Shown here: piece after piece, positions 56,936-59,668 of the stretch
Numbering within the stretch: position 1 is the first letter of the stretch
How the letters are laid out: every line of letters begins with the position of its first letter
Origin: a virus
Taxonomy: Duplodnaviria > Caudoviricetes
DNA length: 59,668 bases
Direction: 5' to 3' (one strand)
Virus record (IMG/VR): IMGVR_UViG_3300009163_000037
Location: 1-59,668 of that record
The notes under the pieces: generated by a model
What the model was told of the DNA's origin: nothing
The model's database searches: none
Seen by the model: only the letters and a program-made list of their open reading frames with translations
Translations under genes and position numbers: made by a program

Positions 56936-57181
56936 TCAGCACTTCCAAGCTTTTAACGCCAAATTAATTCGGGACTTTGGATCTTTTGCAGTTTTCTCGC
57001 TCGTCAACTTCTTTTTGGCTCCAGTCATCCTTGCACAGAAAGAGTCGCGCCGTTTGCCGCCTTCCGGCTGGGGAGGTTTCAAATTCATGCCTTGCGCTTT
57101 GGCCGAGGCGCGTCCCTTGGCGTTCAGGCCACCATTGGGGTTCTTGCCTTCTTTGCGAGTCCATGCTGCTGACTTAGCCAT
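56936..57181 (-). CDS. DUF6321-like small basic protein
   Basis: AWTRKEGKNPNGGLNAKGR...RRDSFCARM...W.C. Confidence 0.7.
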   Translation of the reverse strand: MAKSAAWTRKEGKNPNGGLNAKGRASAKAQGMNLKPPQPEGGKRRDSFCARMTGAKKKLTSEKTAKDPKSRINLALKAWKC

Positions 57182-57458
57182 AAAACACCGTGATAGAGGC
57201 GCTTGCTGGTAACACTACATAGAACCCATTTTGAAACAATACACCTTCACCGGGTATCAATGTCGCAATAACGGCTGTGTTAGTTGTAACGTGTAGAGTT
57301 AGCGAATTGTTGCCAGCATTGGTTGTGGCGTTATCATAAAATTGGATTTCCCCGGCAGTTCCACCCGGAGCAACTTGATAACCACGAACTCTGGTACGGC
57401 CTGCAAAACCCACACCACTTGCATCCAAATGGACGGCTTTAACGTCTGTTTGCATCAT
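57174..57458 (-). CDS. small virion protein
   Basis: MQTDVKA...IPGEGVLF...TVFYG; AGGAG SD. Confidence 0.7.
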   Translation of the reverse strand: MMQTDVKAVHLDASGVGFAGRTRVRGYQVAPGGTAGEIQFYDNATTNAGNNSLTLHVTTNTAVIATLIPGEGVLFQNGFYVVLPASASITVFYG

Positions 57459-57501
57459 AATCAATCTCCTATGAATCAGGGGCCGAAACCCCCGAGATTA
57501 A

Positions 57502-57999
57502 TTAAGCAGACGTTGGGTTAGCCGAACCGTCAGAGTCACGAACGATGTACTCAACAGTAACAGTAATCGTACCAGCAGTAGCGTCAGCAGTAGCTGCGGT
57601 AAACGTACCAAAGATAATCGCATCAGTTGTGCCAATGCTGTCATAAACACCTGAAGTAGCCGCTGCAATCGTGGCTGGAGAAGTCTGAACCGCTGAAGTG
57701 CCAGTGTTGACCGTAGCCATGTACAAGTTGGCAGTGCCGCTGCTACCGATGGTAACGCCGCAGTTAGACGCGCCAGTCAGGGCAACATTAACTTCTAGGC
57801 CAAAGCGAAGAATCTTAGCGCCAGCAGGTAGCACAAACATCTGTTGTGCTGTAGGGCTTGCCAAAATAACAGAAGCAGGGGCCGTATAAGTTTGAGCAAC
57901 AGTAGTTGCGCCCATATTGCGGATAGTGCCAGCAGTGGTGCCGGTTGTATTTTTAACAGTGCCAAGCAGCCAAGGGCCTAGGTGAGTTGCGAATCCCAT
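57502..57999 (-). CDS. virion (head fibre/decoration-like) protein
   Basis: Start at MGFATHLGPW with TAAGGA SD; LPAGAKI...VTVEY. Confidence 0.7.
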   Translation of the reverse strand: MGFATHLGPWLLGTVKNTTGTTAGTIRNMGATTVAQTYTAPASVILASPTAQQMFVLPAGAKILRFGLEVNVALTGASNCGVTIGSSGTANLYMATVNTGTSAVQTSPATIAAATSGVYDSIGTTDAIIFGTFTAATADATAGTITVTVEYIVRDSDGSANPTSA

Positions 58000-58011
58000 G
58001 ATATGTGTCCT

Positions 58012-58082
58012 TACATACAAGTAAAGTGCATCAATCTGTATGTCGTCAGCCGGGACTGTTTGATGCACCGGAAACCCCGGAT
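58012..58082 (-). ncRNA. double-pseudoknot RNA downstream of the major capsid gene (Mu-gpT-DE-like)
   Basis: Interleaved helices ccgggg/tcccgg, gtgcatcaa/ttgatgcac, catacag/ttgtatg; location matches that described for the Mu-gpT-DE motif. Confidence 0.6.
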
Positions 58083-58089
58083 TAGCTGC

Positions 58090-58118
58090 AATATATCATG
58101 GTTTTAGTTGGTTAGCAA
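58090..58118 (-). promoter_or_regulatory. sigma70 promoter
   Basis: TTGCTA-N17-TATATT with TGn extension. Confidence 0.65.
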
Positions 58119-58120
58119 CA

Positions 58121-58147
58121 AATAAAAAGGGCTCCCGAAGGAGCCCT
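58121..58147 (-). terminator. intrinsic terminator after the major capsid gene
   Basis: agggctcc-ttcg-ggagccct then ttttattt. Confidence 0.85.
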
Positions 58148-58178
58148 AGTGGGAGGATAGTTAACCCTCTCTTACTGA

Positions 58179-59087
58179 TTACGCTCCAGCGGAACCGTAC
58201 ATACCCAGGGGGTCAGACCAGCCGAACGAATAACGTTCGCGGGCCTTGTAACGGACGTTTCCGGTGTCAAAGTCACCGTCCATGCCAGTCGATAGCGGGC
58301 TACGCACAAAGTGCTTCATGCCGTTAGGAACGTCGGTGGTCAAATACCAGCCGTTGCTGTCGGTCAAGAAGTGGTTAATTGTGTAACCGCCAGGGATAGA
58401 ACCATTGTTCTTCAACGCATTGATATCGTTATCAGTGGTGCCGACGCGGAGTTCGGTTTCCAGCAAACGAGTAGCAACGAATTGCAGAGCAGGAGGAACA
58501 ATCAGCTTCTTGGGCTTAGCGGCAATCAACAGGCCACGCTCATCCGTCCACAGGGAGATCTGAATAACTGCGTTTTCCAACGAAGTCTCATTCAAGTCAG
58601 CTGCGGTCGCAGGAATGTTGCTGTTAGTACCACCAGACACCAGGGGGTGAGCGCTGTTGAACAGAGAAACGCCGTCACCGCCGACATAAGCCGAGGAGAA
58701 ACCGTTATTTAGAACAGCAGCAGCTTTAACCTGCTTGGTGTACGCCATAGCGCGAGCCAGACCTTTGGTATAGCGAGCCGACAAAGAGTCATAGAGGTTG
58801 TCCTCAATAGCCTCTTCAGTCAAGCTGAAGCCCAAAGCAATGGTTTCGTGGTTGTAGCGTGCAGTCCATGCCTCTTGAGCATTGTCATAAGCAAGAGCGG
58901 AGCCCTCGTTTTTGACAGGTGCAGCAGAGAAGCCAGACAGTTTAGTTTCCTCTTCAAAAGAACGCTCAGAGGTCTCTGTTTCGTAGATCTCGTCGTGTTC
59001 TTGATCGTAGGTCTTATATTGCAGACCGAACAAGGCGTTAAGCCCTGGAAGCAACTCTTTAAGTAGTTGTGCGCGTGAAATAGCCAT
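58179..59087 (-). CDS. major capsid protein (HK97 fold, Mu gpT-like family)
   Basis: MAISRAQLLKELLPGLNALFG, KLIVPPAL, DFDTGNVRYKARERYSFGWSD; strong codon bias; own terminator. Confidence 0.9.
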   Translation of the reverse strand: MAISRAQLLKELLPGLNALFGLQYKTYDQEHDEIYETETSERSFEEETKLSGFSAAPVKNEGSALAYDNAQEAWTARYNHETIALGFSLTEEAIEDNLYDSLSARYTKGLARAMAYTKQVKAAAVLNNGFSSAYVGGDGVSLFNSAHPLVSGGTNSNIPATAADLNETSLENAVIQISLWTDERGLLIAAKPKKLIVPPALQFVATRLLETELRVGTTDNDINALKNNGSIPGGYTINHFLTDSNGWYLTTDVPNGMKHFVRSPLSTGMDGDFDTGNVRYKARERYSFGWSDPLGMYGSAGA

Positions 59088-59100
59088 TTTGAGTTACTCC

Positions 59101-59668
59101 TTAGGCAATGCTGGTGCCAGCGTAATACTGATGCTGACCAAAGTTGATCTTGACCAGAATCTCAGGATACTGCATCAACACAATAGTTGTGTTCAACGTA
59201 GCAACAGGAGCTTGATTCATGATAAACGATGTAGCACCGGCAGCAGCAGCGGTGTCAACAAACGAACCGGACGAAACGTATTGACCGTTTGAATCCAGCG
59301 AACCAACGTCAGTACCAACAGGCAACGCGAACGGCAGAGCCGAGCAAGTTACAGTAGCGGTAGAGATGCTGGTGTAGGTTACGGTTCCCAAACTAACAGC
59401 CGTATCATTCACCAAGCCAAGCACGCGAACGGGCAAGGACGAAGTGGTGGCGGGCGTATCGCTAGGGGCCAAGATTGCGTTCTTGGAGTTACCAGTTGCA
59501 GTGCTACCTGTGTTATTGATCATAGCCAAGTTTTGGCCGATCATTGCACGGGCGCCAGAAGCAACAGCGGTAGTAGCAGAACAAACAACACCCTTGAACA
59601 CTTGGTCAGGATCGTCAGCAACAATAGCTACTGCATCACCAGCCGCAGTAGATGCGGGCCAGTATTGC
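59101..59668 (-). CDS. 3' part of capsid decoration/minor head protein (5' end at 1-77)
   Basis: Frame open to the window edge (QYWPASTAAGDAVAIVADDPDQVFKG...). Confidence 0.75.
   Translation of the reverse strand, partial: QYWPASTAAGDAVAIVADDPDQVFKGVVCSATTAVASGARAMIGQNLAMINNTGSTATGNSKNAILAPSDTPATTSSLPVRVLGLVNDTAVSLGTVTYTSISTATVTCSALPFALPVGTDVGSLDSNGQYVSSGSFVDTAAAAGATSFIMNQAPVATLNTTIVLMQYPEILVKINFGQHQYYAGTSIA

Noticed and set aside
58043-58049. CUGACGA suggests a hammerhead ribozyme
   Set aside because: No GAAA core strand at the required position on the minus strand, and the helix topology does not fit

Overview
This window is almost the whole genome (about 59.7 kb, circularly permuted) of a tailed dsDNA phage with a podovirus-like gene set. 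Both ends fall inside the same capsid-associated gene. The gene style resembles uncultured aquatic proteobacterial phages, but the host is not determinable from sequence alone. Modules: (i) minus-strand packaging/head block (small terminase, LexA-type HTH, large terminase, portal, GroES-like, scaffold); (ii) GC-rich plus-strand early operon of small genes (7.3-11 kb); (iii) minus-strand replication operon (ParB-like, superfamily-2 helicase, Toprim primase, many tiny ORFs) preceded by a ~450-bp structured non-coding element; (iv) plus-strand recombination block (Cas4-like PD-(D/E)XK exonuclease, ERF, SSB-like, YbcO-like nuclease); (v) a long minus-strand late region (major capsid, small basic GG-motif proteins, adaptors, ~9 kb of fibre genes, holin and M15 endolysin, tail hub, ejection proteins, and a 2956-aa polyvalent protein with C5-MTase, ParB-like, GNAT and HExxH domains). 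I saw no integrase, DNA/RNA polymerase, tRNA or CRISPR array. Most interesting: five copies of a 21-bp parS-like palindrome alongside an orphan ParB and a LexA-like HTH; a kissing-loop/terminator plus G-quadruplex non-coding element before the replication genes; a double-pseudoknot RNA after the capsid gene; and a shared xxxGG motif in putative capsid cargo proteins. All family assignments are by eye from motifs, not from database searches.
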